Notes: generated by a model not told the origin, from the sequence alone. 64,000 bases of DNA from Hydrolagus colliei (GCA_035084275.1 CM068747.1:23870001-23934000); one strand, 5' to 3'. Shown: positions 25,408 to 38,757, counted from the stretch's first letter. A program made the numbers and translations.

Positions 25408-25760
25408 TTCAGAGAATATCAATTGTGGCGTCTCCAACATTGATAACAATATTCTGTTCTTTTGAAGGTTTAAGCGTTTGGACGGATTGACACTTAGATA
25501 ATAATTTGTGTGGGATGTGGTATACTCAATGTAGGAGATTGCACTCCGTCTCTCTTATTCTGATGCAGGCTACACGTGTGAATGTCGGTGGCTAAGATTT
25601 GACACTGACACATGTCCACCAACTGCAGGAAGGTCTGAATCTGTTTGTTGAACCTATAGTAGACAACCAGGAAGCTCTGCTACTGTGAATATGTGGGAAC
25701 CTGTGGAGCCATCAGGAGCCCCATATGCTGGACAAAGACTAGGACCCACCGGAGCACACC

Positions 25761-25890
25761 AACAATGACAACTTGCATTTATATAGCGCCCCTCATGCAG
25801 GGTAGCGTCTCAGAGCGCTTGATCGTGGCGGAGCGCGATGTGGAGCCAGGGGGAGGTGCTCGTAGGCATGGTCAAAGAAGAAGGACTTGG
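25761..25890 (-). mobile_element. L2-type 3' tail B fragment
   Basis: acaacttgcatttatatagcgcccctcatgcagggtagcgtctcagagcgctt. Homologous to 9222-9293, 35897-35950 and 59474-59590. Confidence 0.75.
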
Positions 25891-26977
25891 TTCAACCCAA
25901 ACAAATTCCCCAGAAAAACACATCATTTTCGTAAGAAATACTAACAAAGGTGCTCAAATGTAGAGTAAGACTTTATTCAGGTGGTCAAACAGCAAACTGG
26001 CACTGCAGGCAAAGCATGCATGTACTTTCTGTTTGCCTTCTTTCCAAGCCAGACTTTGCCAGCACCAACATCTGCACCGACTGAAAGAATTTTCCTATTT
26101 TTAGGATGACAGCATATCAGAGTAGCTTTTTATTAACATTGTCTGAGTGGATGTTTTGGAATAAAACATCTGCAAAAATAATCTGTTGCCATTTTTAGTT
26201 GCTAAATAATCAGCAGAAAAATAAAGTAGTGACCTTTGTGTGGGTTATAATGTGCTCCAAACAAAACAAAGTAAAATAAAACCAAATTTATAGTTGTTAT
26301 TCTTGCACTAAAATACCACAACAGTTCTCGATGAGTTAATTTGCCTCCATAACTGAAACAGTAGAATGGTTGCCATGACTGCATACAATTTCTGGGTTCG
26401 TTTCAGAATATTACTTTAAATGGAAGGCTGCATTATTTCCTTGCATATTTAAAATGAATATTAATTTTTTATTTTTCATCCGCTTTTCCTGAGTCCTTTT
26501 TTGAGGTGCTGAAATGCAGGGTGAACCTCCTTAAACCCCAAAGGCTGATTTCTTCCCCACAGTGGAGCACATTACAAAGGTTTACATTGTTTTCGGTTTC
26601 ATACTCAGAAAGAAAGATGCTCATGAAATTGGAAGGAAACTGCTATTAAATACAGCCACTTCTAACATGAAAATAATTGTGATCTGTAAGATTAACATAT
26701 AATTGTAAATATTATATAAGGCAGTTATGGGACAGATCCTTTTCTCTTCCAACTATCACAAGATAATTATAGTGAATATTCACATTTCTCTCCAAGCGTG
26801 AAGGCAGATAATAAAACGTAAACTCCATTTTTTACTGTCACTCCTTGCTTCTTCATGAATTAAATGAAAGGTGGATTCATACATCTTTGCTCTCAGTAGC
26901 TGTCTGCTTTGTGTTACAATGACTGTACAGATTTAAAGAAAGAGTGCACCGTTTAATTTCCTACATGAAATATAACG

Positions 26978-27155
26978 ATAATCTTTGCAACTGATACAGC
27001 ATCTTTCACATTAGGAGGACGTCCTCACAGGATCCATACAATATTATTTACATGAAAATAAAGCCTTTCACGTCAGAAGGATGTCTCACACCACCAGACA
27101 GTCTGTAAAGTGAAGTCACTTTGAATTTTGTGGGTGAAATTGGTTGCTAATTTTT
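26978..27155 (-). mobile_element. Diverged SINE/L2 tail fragments (two adjacent)
   Basis: ataatctttgcaactgatacagcatctttcacattaggaggacgtcc and aaagcctttcacgtcagaaggatgtctc...gtaaagtgaagtcactttgaattttgtgggtgaaa. Confidence 0.55.
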
Positions 27156-28105
27156 ATATCTAATAATAGAACCAGTAATCGTATTTCACATCTTAAATTA
27201 AATTATCTTAACGTAAGGTCAATTTCCTTGACAGATATTTCCCTGGATGTTCCTCTCTCTCAATGATCATGGTATCATGGCATGTTACTATGTTTTATCA
27301 CTGGCTGGACATATCCCTGCTGTTGCTGTAACACCGGAAAACTAAAAGTTACTAATCATGTTCCAGCTGTCATATCTTTTCCATATTGTGGCAAATGATC
27401 TACTTCCACGTTTCCACTAACAGCAAAATTATTCATGACATAGTATATTCACTGTCATATACCTTTGGTGCAATTGCTACCAATAATAATATTCAGGTCA
27501 TCGGCTGGATCTACCTGGAGAGATGGTATTTGTTACACATCCGGACTATGTGGATAACAGCTCAACAACAACTACACAAGCAGCCCACAGCCCCACCAGT
27601 ATGAAAGCTACACCGTTTCCTTCCTATCAGCTATTATAGTAGGCAGCTCAGGGTCTAACAATTAACCTTTGGAGAGGAATGATGCTACCAGACTGTAGTA
27701 GTCTCCACCGACGTCATCTAATCTAATTCAGAAAGTGGAAAATATTAGCAGATTGCGAGTTACACTTTAGTTGCCAGGCTAAATAAGATTGTAAAACAAA
27801 AGTACAAAGGAGAATACTGCATTTACAACTAATTAAAGAGTTCATTCAGGAAGTTTCATAGTTTTTTTTTACGGACCTAACAGATGATAATCTGAATATT
27901 GACAGACACAGAACTGAAAATCTGGATGGAAGTTAGGAAAGGGCTCTAGATTTGCTCAGAACAGACTGGTATGATTGTTTTGTAATTTCATAGCAATTTC
28001 CTGATACAAATAATAACTCATTGCATTATTGTACTATGACCAACCTAAGTATTGAAAGTTAATTCAGAACAAATGATTATTTTCCAAGATTCTCTATTTA
28101 AACTA

Positions 28106-28269
28106 TTGGGCAGGTTTCCTTACTCCACACCCGTGATAATAATCCCTAAAAAAAACTATATTAAATCGATCATTTCAATCCACCACTGTTTGTGGGACAC
28201 TGCTGTGTGGAATTGGCTTCCGCGTTTCGCCCACAAAGTATAATCAATTTACTTTACAGTATATTCTGT
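28106..28269 (+). mobile_element. tRNA-SINE family A, internal fragment
   Basis: gggcaggtttccttactccacac...ctgtttgtgggacactgctgtg...tttacagtatattctgt. Confidence 0.85.
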
Positions 28270-28354
28270 TTCTTTTTAGTACAAAACAAAAAAGGATTTT
28301 AGGATCTGACAAACAGAATTTACACAAAGCCATTTTTAACACATCCAAAACAAA

Positions 28355-28525
28355 ACGATGCAGAATTGATTGATTGAAATGTTTGAAAGGGAGATAGTTA
28401 GAGGGTAAGGGGAATGGAAGAGAATGAAGGAAAGGCAGGGAAATGGGAATAAAACTTCTTCTGTGATCTATTAACTTGGCAGAAGAGACTCGACGGGCAA
28501 AACAGCCTAGGTTCCTGTGTTCCTA
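28355..28525 (+). mobile_element. Old CR1 3' UTR fragment
   Basis: Purine-rich 3' UTR ending agactcgacgggcaaaacagcct...ttcctgtgttcct. Confidence 0.5.
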
Positions 28526-28613
28526 TCTACACTTAAATTGAAAACTGATGACGATTACATTTTCTTCATTTGTGTATATACAATGCATCAGTCTGCACAA
28601 ACACACGTATGAT

Positions 28614-28911
28614 GCCCCGTAGCTCAGTGGTTAGAGCACTCGCCTTACAAGCGAGACACCTGGGTTCAATTCCAGGCAGGGTGAAACCTTGGGCAAGTTT
28701 CCTTACTCCACATGCCTAATAATAATCCCCCAAAAACAATAATAAAATTGGTCATTTCAATGCACGGCTGTTTGTGGGACACTGATGTGTGCAATTAGCT
28801 GCCATGTTTCGCCCACATATATACAGTTAATTCACTTAACAGTATATTCTGTGAAGCGCTTTGTAATGTATAGGAGATGTGAAATGCGCTATATCAAATG
28901 CAAGGATTATT
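28614..28911 (+). mobile_element. tRNA-SINE family A, full length (best copy)
   Basis: tRNA-like head gccccgtagctcagtggttagagcactcgccttacaagcgagacacctgggttcaattccaggcagggtg, then body, L2-like tail and (TTA)n. Confidence 0.95.
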
Positions 28912-30221
28912 AATGATAATTTTTTTGTTGAAAGGGTATATTTTGTATTTTGACGACGAGACAGCAATCACCAATTTGTTGAACAAGTACCGGACGTGGA
29001 AAATTGATTATAAATCAGATTGCTTTCTTGCTTTGATGTGTGACAGACCCAGAATTCAACCTGGAGAGAACTGTAAAATATACTGGTGCATTTTCCATTA
29101 TAAACTGCTGGGTCTGCAGGAGAGCACGGGAGCACAGATGCATATCCTTCAGTAGAAATGTATCCCCAAAGATGCGTTAGATGTAACCATGTCAGGAAAG
29201 GTTGTACATATTCTGTGGTAAGCAGTGAACTTGATGGGTCTTTTCCTGCCCCTGTGCTTTTTTATGTTTTTATTATAATCTTCTCGATCTGAACATTGGG
29301 ATTCAGCAGTTGTTGAATACAGTGCTCCCCTGATAACATAAAATGGGATTAATTTATCACTGTTATAACACAGTGCTGATTTACATTACCTGTAGTTCAA
29401 TAGGTTGCACTCTTGGCTCTACTGTACAATCAATCTGTAATCTCTAGGATAGCTATATAATGTAGATTTAAATGATAGGGTTCAAACGAAGCATAACATT
29501 CATTTTCATGCTTGGCGGGTATTTGCAAGCACCCAATCTTACGGAGAAGCAAAAAATCTTGTAAGAAAGCGTTTATACCCAAAGACACCATAGATTTATT
29601 AGTGGTGCATTCCTCCAGTCAGGCTAATTTATGCATTTCTATTAAAATAATATTTTAAAAGATGGTGTCACCTTAAAGTAACATAAAAAGATACAGCACG
29701 TACAGTTTATGATCACTTCCTGATAATATTACAGTGCTTCCAATATAACATCTTTATATTTTGCCACTTATAGAAAAGGCATGTAAGTAAACTGATTAAT
29801 CTTGCCCACCACACACACGCTCTTTCACATGGCTCCTGAAAACAGTTTCGTAAAATATCTACTATATTAAATGCACTCAAGGGGACAGTCAGATTCTTTG
29901 TGTGAAAAAAATAGATTTAAGTTTGCATGTGCAGGCATGAAGGAGTAAGTGGATATACTAAGAGCAATGGCCAAAGTTTGTAGTTCGGGGTATTTTTCAT
30001 GCTTCAACTATAATTTTACAATCATTTCAGTTTTATCCTCAAATATATCTCTGTGTATAAGGCTAAGCTTTGCTTGGTCACTTATCTTATTTGTTCAGGA
30101 TGCTGAGCTATATTGCCAATTTAGTTCGTAATTCCAGAGTTATAATCAAACTATACATTGCTCAGGCCTGCTGATCACACTGCATACAGGTCTGATCACT
30201 GTAACATTAGGAGTTGTCCAC

Positions 30222-30603
30222 ACCCTAGAGGCAGTACAGAGGACAACAACAAGGGTGATCCCCAATTTAAGAGGAATGAGCAATGATTCAAGAAGCCAGA
30301 ACTCTTCATTGAGAAGAGACATCTTAGAAGAAATCTTAGAGACAGGTAAGATTTTAAATGGGATTAAGAAAGCAAACCCAGAACAACACATTTAGATATG
30401 CCAAGGGAGCAGAACACGAGTGAATAGGTTCTGGGATACATAGGATGGATTAAACATGAGGAAGTATCCCTTCAATGTTGAGGTGAGAATGCTGGAATCA
30501 TTTAAGAAACAATTTGATGCTGGAATGAGAGGAGATAGTCTGTAAGAATGAGATCAAATGTGCCATTTAGCCTTCTTCATTCAAACCTCTCTTGTAATTT
30601 TGT
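30222..30603 (+). mobile_element. Old CR1 ORF2 C-terminus and 3' UTR relic
   Basis: ctagaggcagtacagaggacaacaacaagggtgatccccaatttaagaggaatgagc translates to LEAVQRTTTRVIPNLRGMS, the CR1 LExVQRRATKMI motif. Confidence 0.75.
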
Positions 30604-30637
30604 GAGCTAGGACAGTATTGAGTTTATTGCCTGTCCT

Positions 30638-30855
30638 CAGGCCTGAATTCCACCTGTTTTTAAAACTGATTCTGCACAGTGCGCAGAAAGTTGGTAAATC
30701 CATAAATTTGGTCTTAGTATGGTCTCAGTTTGGGAGCTAGTTTGTGTAGATCTCAAAGAAAACACAAAAATTAATTCCCAATTACGAATTTTGAAAGATT
30801 TTAAGAAAGTCTAAAACCGGTGTAAGTCTAAAACCAGGCGGAATTTCAGACCCTG
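30638..30855. mobile_element. Probable MITE / non-autonomous DNA transposon
   Basis: Imperfect ~30-bp terminal inverted repeats: left caggcctgaattccacctgtttttaaaact; reverse complement of right end cagggtctgaaattccgcctggttttagact. Confidence 0.6.
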
Positions 30856-31793
30856 GTCGATAAATATAAATCATCCCAGAATTGCCACATTTGGATCATT
30901 TTTGGTGATTTCCAAATTCAATGTAAATCCACACTTTGGGAAAATGGACCATGGACTCGCATTGTTTTGATAACCTGAGTTTCACAGATGTGGACTAAGC
31001 TGACAAAAAAAAATAACTGAAAGATGAACATTGGCATTGGCTGGGAGAAGCAAGATGCACAAACAAATATCGATAAGTTAAATCCTCAATGAGCACACAT
31101 TTTTGTCATTTGATGACAAAAAGATTTATGTTTTGATTGTTTATTAACATCTGATTTAGTTGTGTTCTGCTGCTGTTTGTGGTTCTCGTGTTTTCTCTTT
31201 GCCATAAAAACAGAGGGCCTGAGACTGAGCCAAGTTTTCCTTTGGCTTAAAACACAGATCGCAACCAATCGCAGTGCTTCCTAAGGATTGCATGTGGATT
31301 GATGTTTCTTGCCTGATTGATGTAACGCGTAGGGTGACAAGCCAACCTGCAGATTATCTTCATCTGACAGATAGATGAGGCTGAAGTTTATCTTACAGTG
31401 TGAATTCTGTCCACAGTGGTTATCTAACCTCTAACACACTTTAAGACTTGCAATACAATCTGCCGAATAAACTCAACACCTCACATAGCTTCTTGAATAG
31501 GAATGAGTGATAAGCAGTACAATTCTACAGCCCAAAGGCTGAGGTGATTGCATGGGATGTGATCATTATGTAGAGAATATAATTACTAAGTCCGTCGGGA
31601 CGTCCCTTAGTGTTTATCAACAGTCAGCAGATAGAATTATTGACCCTCCTGCTAGACAGGAAATGCGACTTCTATTGCACCATTGTGTAGCATGGAACTT
31701 TTCCACTGATGAAAAGCACTGCTCACTCTCCACATTTCCTTCTCAAACAAACAGGCCACAGCCATGGAGCAAAAGTGGTGAAGCTGAATTGCT

Positions 31794-31885
31794 AATAATA
31801 AGAAGAAGAATCCTTGCATTTGATATTGTGCTTTTCATATTTTCTAGACATCTCTGAGCACTTCACAGAATATACTGTAAAGTAA
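31794..31885 (-). mobile_element. tRNA-SINE family A, 3' fragment
   Basis: atccttgcatttgatattgtgcttttca...cttcacagaatatactgtaaagt. Confidence 0.85.
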
Positions 31886-33029
31886 TACATTGTTAGCATT
31901 GATTTAACCATAAGAATTAGATAAGAAGTTATTTGTAATTCAATGTACTGATCTTGTAGCACTGTTGCTCCGATAATTGTCTTGTATTATAAAACATTTC
32001 ACCATGTTTTACATATTACATGATTATCTTAGTAACTCTGTGATAACGATTATCTGAACTGCAGATGTAATAATCCTTGATTCCTGGAGTGAATGGGTAT
32101 TTGTTTCTTTTCATAGAGGACAGCTTTTTAAAATGTGTTAAATTCATTCAATGCAACCACATGAACAAACTTGCTTCAAGTTTTCCCCTCTTTCTTTCAA
32201 ATAGCCTACTTTATAAAAAGAATTGGGTATCAAAGTGTTTATTCCCCTGTCCGGTTGCGAACACACAAATCCATTGGCCACAATGCCCAATGCATTAGGT
32301 TGCAATAGCACTCACACTTGTGAAGCTGAACCAGAAGTCCAATAAAATGGCTTTTACGATTTAAAAATCTTTTTGGCACACGCAAGTATGATAGATGTAT
32401 TGTGATGGACAAATTAGGCTCAAGGTTATAATTAGAAAACACAGATGACAGGTGGAGGTAAACTACACACAAATCTAATGGTGATATGAATGGTTTGGAA
32501 AGACCCAAAAGGAAGTAAAGTTCCACAAGCACGCCCATAAATCTCAAATCTCTGCCTTTTATCTAGACTTGGAAAGGCAGCTCATTATGGATAGCTGCCT
32601 ATCTAGGAACGAAAGTAGGTCCGGCTGATGATTTCCATCATCCAGCTATAGGCTTCTAGTAATTATTTTGATCACTAGTTTTCAATTATTTATGCAGCTG
32701 TTGGTCCCCATAGATTAACTCAATCTGCCCCGGCTCTGCTGTTATGTTTCCACTGGGCAGAGAAAGAAAACAAAACACGCCTAATGCAAAGCACACATGG
32801 GAAGCACTTTATTATTTCATCATCCTCACCTACTGAGATCTGGCACTGTTACATGCTTAGGAAGAGCCTTTATATAACGTGGTCAAACAGGCTGCCAGTT
32901 TGTAATTTCCTCCCTGCTCATTCCAGAGGAATTCGGTTCCCATTTCCTTCTGGCACACCATGTTTCTCAAACCCCTTTCCACACAAGCAATGCCAAGCTG
33001 TTATTTACTTAACCACATAGTGGGCTGGA

Positions 33030-33070
33030 GGGAAGAGAGAGGGAGTGGGGGAGAGAGAGAGAGAGAGAGA
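33030..33070. repeat. (GA)n microsatellite / purine tract
   Basis: gagagagagagagagagaga. Confidence 0.9.
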
Positions 33071-34930
33071 AAAGCAATTTATGTGAAATCAAAACTTGGA
33101 TTTCGTATCATTATGCCCAGGAACAAAAAGCTTTTCCATGTATTTTTTATTCCATTTATCTTGCAATGAAAATGTTCAGAGTGGCAGATGAGTAGCTGAG
33201 TTTTCAAATGAAATTCTAAAAAAACCTTTGCGTTCGCTGAGGTATATTACGATCTCAAGAAACCTTTAATTTCATCGCTTTTAACCACTCACCACCCACA
33301 ACGAGCGTTGCAGCCTGAAAGTGTTATCATCGGAATGAAGATGATAACAGATAACTTCATGATTCACAATCCTTAAAACAATTACACTAAGTAACAGGGC
33401 AAACAGTACAAAAATAGTGAGTATACACAGAAAGAAGTTTAACCATACATTATCTCACCAGAGCCTAAAATGAATCGTGCAGTATATGCATTAGTTTCAA
33501 TTGCTAAATGGTTATTGAGGAAATTTATACAAATAATTTTCCAAAAGACAGATATTTTGCATTTTGTTTGTGGCGTAATAATAGTTTTTAGGCTTCCATT
33601 TAAAAAAATACATGGAGAAAATCACGATTGGTTGTTAATCTTTCTTGCTTTTCCATCATTCAATGCCAGTTTTCCACAATGTTATGCTTCCAAAACCTAT
33701 TTTAATTTTCATACCATTGGTGCAGTATTTCGAAATTAAGCCAAAAGCACAAATGTTATTTCTACGTTCTTTCTTTTTGCCTCAAGCTCTGAATGTGCTA
33801 TTAGAATATACCACAGTTCATGTTGATAGCTTCATCACACAGGAATGCTCCTTAAACTAATGAACAGTTTTAATAAATCACTAGAGTTAAATCTGTTTTA
33901 TATCATCGACACAGACAGACAAGCACTTATCCTGCACAGAGGAGATCGTTAACAAGGTAACAGGAAATGCAGTCTGAAACAAAAGGTATTCATTTAAATG
34001 CACCATTTCTCATATCACAAGTAACACTGCTGGAATTTTCCAATAGAAAAGATGCTTGACTAAACCTCCGTTTCCACCCCCTCCCATCCCACTATCCCCA
34101 TTCCTCCCTCTTGCCAGCAGCTGACAAAAACTATTGGGAATAAACACCCACAATCTGTGCGTGAGATGCCAGTTTAACTATTTAAGATTTGCAAGCTGCC
34201 TTTTGGTTTCTAAGTGAATGTGTCTTCTTTCATCTCTTGCATCCAAGATGATAATCTACAAGCGTTACACTGCTTACTATAGAACATCAAAACAGGAAGC
34301 TCTGAGTGTTTCTTTTCACTATACAATACAGTGAAATGAACATTTCTCAGACAATGCACAAATATAATTGCAATTGTCAGACATCTGCAAGGCTATCTTG
34401 AGTGGGAGAATGCATCATAAGGTATATTTCTCTTACACTGTGTCACAACTGTTAATTGAAGGGAACGAATGCAATGTTGAATCATTGTCCACGCCTTTGG
34501 TTCTCACTGAGAATCTCTTCTCAGTCTGAATACTTTACCAGAGCTCAGCTGTCACACAGTGATGCTCTCTTAACTCTTTCTTTGCCTCTGTTCTAAATTC
34601 TTTGGGATAGTACTGAACAGAATATAATCAAATTCACAAAACTAACCAGACATAAATGGCTAGGGCTTTTTGATAACATATCAGATGATGCTGCCTTTCA
34701 ACTCATCCAGTTTTCTAAGTGATTAGTTGGCAGCTGTACTTGGTTAGATATCAAGGAGAAGGAGGATGAGGCTATCATCTTTTCTGTGTCTGTCCATTTC
34801 TCTTTGCTAAATTACAGGATAATTTTGGTTTTAAGAATTCCTTCCGAGTCTGTCCAGGAAGACTGTGGAACTAAGGGGAAACCTGAAATGTAGGAGAATG
34901 AGACACATGTTGGTCTGAAGGAATAATATG

Positions 34931-35043
34931 AATAATAATAATCCTTGCATCTGATATAGTGCCTTATCACATCTTCGAGACGTCTCAAAGTGCTTCACAG
35001 AATGTACTGTAAAGTGAATTGGCTGTGCATTTTGTGGGCCAAA
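34931..35043 (-). mobile_element. tRNA-SINE family A, 3' fragment
   Basis: aataataataatccttgcatctgatatagtgccttatcacatcttcgagacgtctcaaagtgcttcacag. Confidence 0.88.
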
Positions 35044-35556
35044 TGGAAGAATGAATGTATTAATGAATTATCCAGCCCCATCGTTTAAGAGCAAACACAA
35101 TTGAAAACTAACCATACTGGCGAAGGCCAACTCGAACATATTCAAGATGACTTGGGCTACTTTACAAGTCGAATGGCGTTGCGCTGCAACTGTGTTCTGT
35201 TATTTTGTTTTCAATAAACATCTTAATGATCATACATTAGGAGGCGGAGGAAGCTTCAAACCTACTTTTGTTAATGAAGATTTACAAAGAAAGTTTAAAA
35301 TGAAGGTTTAAAATGCAGAGCGTGAATATGGAGTGAAAACTGCATTAGGTTAAACTCCAACACTATAGATAATGCTGTAAACTGTTTGGAGTTTTAAGCA
35401 CAGGTACACTGAATCACCCAGAATATATCAGTATTTAAAACTCATTCACCCTCTCAGATCCACAGTGCCCTCCCTTGTCCAGACCCCCCTCTTCCCCCTT
35501 TCTCTCAACCTACAGGAATATCAGACCTATACATAAATCGTATGGTGTCATCATGG

Positions 35557-35786
35557 AGATCAAACACACACATGCTTGTACTCATACACTAATCAAACAC
35601 ACACATGTGCATGCATTTACACAGATTAATTCCACACATGCATGCCCTCACTCAAATGCACACATCAATCAATCATATATGCACATGCATTTGAACACAT
35701 ACACAGATCAGTCACAAGCACGCACATACACTCACACACAAAGATAAAACACACACATACATGTGATCACTCACTCACGCACACAA
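35557..35786. repeat. CA-rich degenerate minisatellite (~32-40 bp period)
   Basis: Recurrent atcaaacacacacatg(c/t) units, e.g. near 35559, 35592 and 35744. Confidence 0.7.
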
Positions 35787-37051
35787 AAGTAGGAAATAAT
35801 GGCATTAAAAATAATGGAAAAGTTTTAAAAGATTTATTTCCCATTCTCTTTTAGCCATTGCAAATGAAGGCCACTATGTGTGAGACAATGCCAATACAAC
35901 TTGTATTTATATAGCACCCGTAACACTGGATAGCGTCTTGGAGCCATGGCGGGCTCTGGCTTTTAGAGCAGTGTCATACTACCATTGTGCAGGAATGGAA
36001 CAGGAAACAATGTGCAGGCAATAATAAAATGGCACCACGAGCGACTTCAAATACTTTTTTCACAGGTAAAGTAATTTATCATGCTTTAAGCCCACCATTG
36101 CTTCCTTGAGCAGTGACTATGGGAATATCTGTGAAATGTGGTTCCCCGCTGTCCCTTTATGTATTAATATTCAGTTGACTTTCCCAAGGGGAAAGCTGAA
36201 AGCTGACACAATTTCCTGGAATTATTTAAACGGCACAGATAAAATCCCATTTACACCAACACCCAAAGGAACCCCAGGTACCACCGAGATAAGGAGTGAT
36301 GGCAACACATTGTGTAAGGACATCACAACATGACATGGATGGTGTGATTTGAGCTTTAGCAATGACCCCACTGCCTCACTATATGTTTGCTGCAAGTGGG
36401 AGCAAAGCCTGACAAAGTCATCTGTGAAACTTGTTGTGTAACTTTAGGTGCTGATATAAGCCCAATAGTTACCACACTGCTAAAAAATCAACCTCGAACA
36501 AATGAGATGGCCTTTGTGATGAACTACAAAACCTCTGTAAGAACTATTTGTGCAATATTTACATGGATGGGTGTCTGCACTGAAACAGTACGATTTTGCT
36601 GATAGTGGAGGCAGAGATTTTTTTAATGCTACAAGTAGTTACACACTGAGGGTTTTATACCAACAAATTATACACTGGGAGTCATTATGCAAGGCAAGCA
36701 ACAATATTGGACTGAACTTGGAGTAAAGTGCACAGTGTAAACAGTAAATAGAGTTGTAGGCCCTTCTGGGCAATTAAATATTTCCATTTTTGCAGTTTTG
36801 CAGCAGATTGAAACACAAGCAAGTAGAATTTTATTTAACAATGGGCATGTTGTTAACTGTAATTGCTCAGTCAGTAGTAGTTCTCTTTGTGAATCTTACA
36901 AATGGATCCAGAATGTGGGCCACAGCAGTAAATTGCATTGGATCCAGTGCTTTTAAGTAGGATAGTACACACTGCAGAGCTTTGAAGTAACCTGTTGAAA
37001 TGTGGTCACTTGTGGTATCTTCCTGATACCTTCTGAACCGCATTATATGCT

Positions 37052-37349
37052 TTCCTGTAGCTTAGTGTTCAGAGCACTCGCCTTTCAAGCAAGAGGCCTG
37101 GGTTTGATTCCAGGCAGTGCAAAGCTTTGGGCAAGTTTCCTTACTCCACACGCCTAACAATGATCCCTCAAAAAAAACGTATGGTCACTCAAACCATTGC
37201 AGTTGTGGGTCACTGCTGTATGCAATTGGCTGCCGCGTTTTGCCCACAAACATACAGTCAATTAACTTTACAGTATATTCTGTGAAGCGCTTTGAGACGT
37301 ATAGAAGACACGAAAAGCGCTATATCAAATGCAAGGATGATTATTATTA
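37052..37349 (+). mobile_element. tRNA-SINE family A, full length
   Basis: Head, body and tail as in 28614-28911. Confidence 0.93.
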
Positions 37350-38264
37350 GTATCATCCAAGGCCTGCTAGTTCTCAGTTACATCATCCCAAGCTCAATGG
37401 GGATCTCATTTTGAATAGTATTGCTCATTTTGACACATTGCAAAATGATAGGGCACTGTAACACATGCAAGATTATTATTATTTATTTGAGCTTTATTGG
37501 TTATTGGTTATAAAAAGGGTTAAAAGGCAATTACCAAGAATATCACCCAAACACTCTTAGAAATTATTGCTTATACCATGAGATAGAATGAAATAGAAAT
37601 GATTTGTGGTAAGGCAGTAGAATTAGCACATCTGCCTGAAGTGCAGTGGCCTATACTCCTGATATACCTTACAAAGCCTTTGTGAGAACTATTTTTCACT
37701 TCGGAAAGCTGGAATGTTCAAACGCACAGTTCATGCTGTTACTTTGCTGCCAATTATTAACGAACAGTAATGGTATTAGGTTTCTGACAGAATATATAAA
37801 CAGCTTACTGCTCTGTGAAACACTTTTCTGCTAAACCACTAATATTTCAGACTAAACAAAAACTCATGTCTCCGACTCGAAACTTTAGAATTTATCATGC
37901 CTTTTTAAAGCTTTCTTTTGTTGTTCACTTATCCAACTGGTCTAATCATGTACATCAGTATGAGATGTGCATTAAAGGCATAACAGGCAAGTTAAAATCT
38001 AGCACCAAATGTAATGACTTTTATGACTTTCCTTGATGCACTGTAACCCAAAATTAAAATGCAACCAGGCCAGCAATTGTACAGTTTTTACCCCTGTGGC
38101 TCTATTGAGACACAAGAGAAAGGAAAAGCACAACATTCTTCCTCTGAGATTTCCGAAGATCAGCGAGTTGCACAGAAGCAACTCCGTGCTTAACCCATTC
38201 CAATTCAAGCTCCCTTGGTAAATCACACTGGATTAGCTGGGAGGATCTCTGTGGTTTCTTTTTC

Positions 38265-38422
38265 ATCCAATTTCTCCCTGTTCTGTTCCAGTGGTGCTAA
38301 GGCTTGTGGGATTACAGTACAGTCTAACTGTTAACAGCTGTCACCTTTCCCAAATGGTCATTGTGTTTGAGTCTAGGTCGTCAGTGCTGGCAGGCAACCA
38401 AATTTAGGGCACATCTTGTGGA
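38265..38422 (-). mobile_element. Ancient AmnSINE2-like SINE, segment 1
   Basis: cccaaatggtcattgtgtttgagtctaggtcgtcagtgctggcaggc is homologous to 63836-63890. Confidence 0.55.
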
Positions 38423-38752
38423 GTCCTGTAGCTCAGTGGTTAGAGCACTTGCCTCACAAGTGAGAAACCTGGGCTTGATTCTTGGCAGGGCCAAACCGTG
38501 GGCAAGTTTCCTTGCTCCACATGCCTGATAATAATCCCTCAAGAAAAAAACCCAATAGTAATTTGGTCACTAAATCCACAACTGTTTGTAGGACACTGCT
38601 GCGTGCAATTGGCTGTCACGTTTCGCTCACAAATATACAGTCAATTCACTTTACAGTAAATTCTTTGAAGCACTTTGAGACGTCTCCAAGACGTGAAAAA
38701 CGCTATATCAAATGCAAGGATTATTATCATCATCTTAATCTCGTTATTATTA
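38423..38752 (+). mobile_element. tRNA-SINE family A, full length, inserted in ancient SINE
   Basis: Head, body and tail present. The end of the tail is duplicated (atcttaatctcgtt / atcttaatcttgtt). Confidence 0.93.
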
Positions 38753-38757
38753 TCTTA

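Noticed and set aside
28614-28690. Bona fide tRNA-Val gene
   Set aside because: It continues directly into the SINE body and tail, has no nearby T-run terminator, and recurs as diverged copies across the window.
32575-32600. Small hairpin aggcagct...agctgcct as miRNA or terminator
   Set aside because: An 8-bp stem is expected by chance in 64 kb and is too short for a pre-miRNA.
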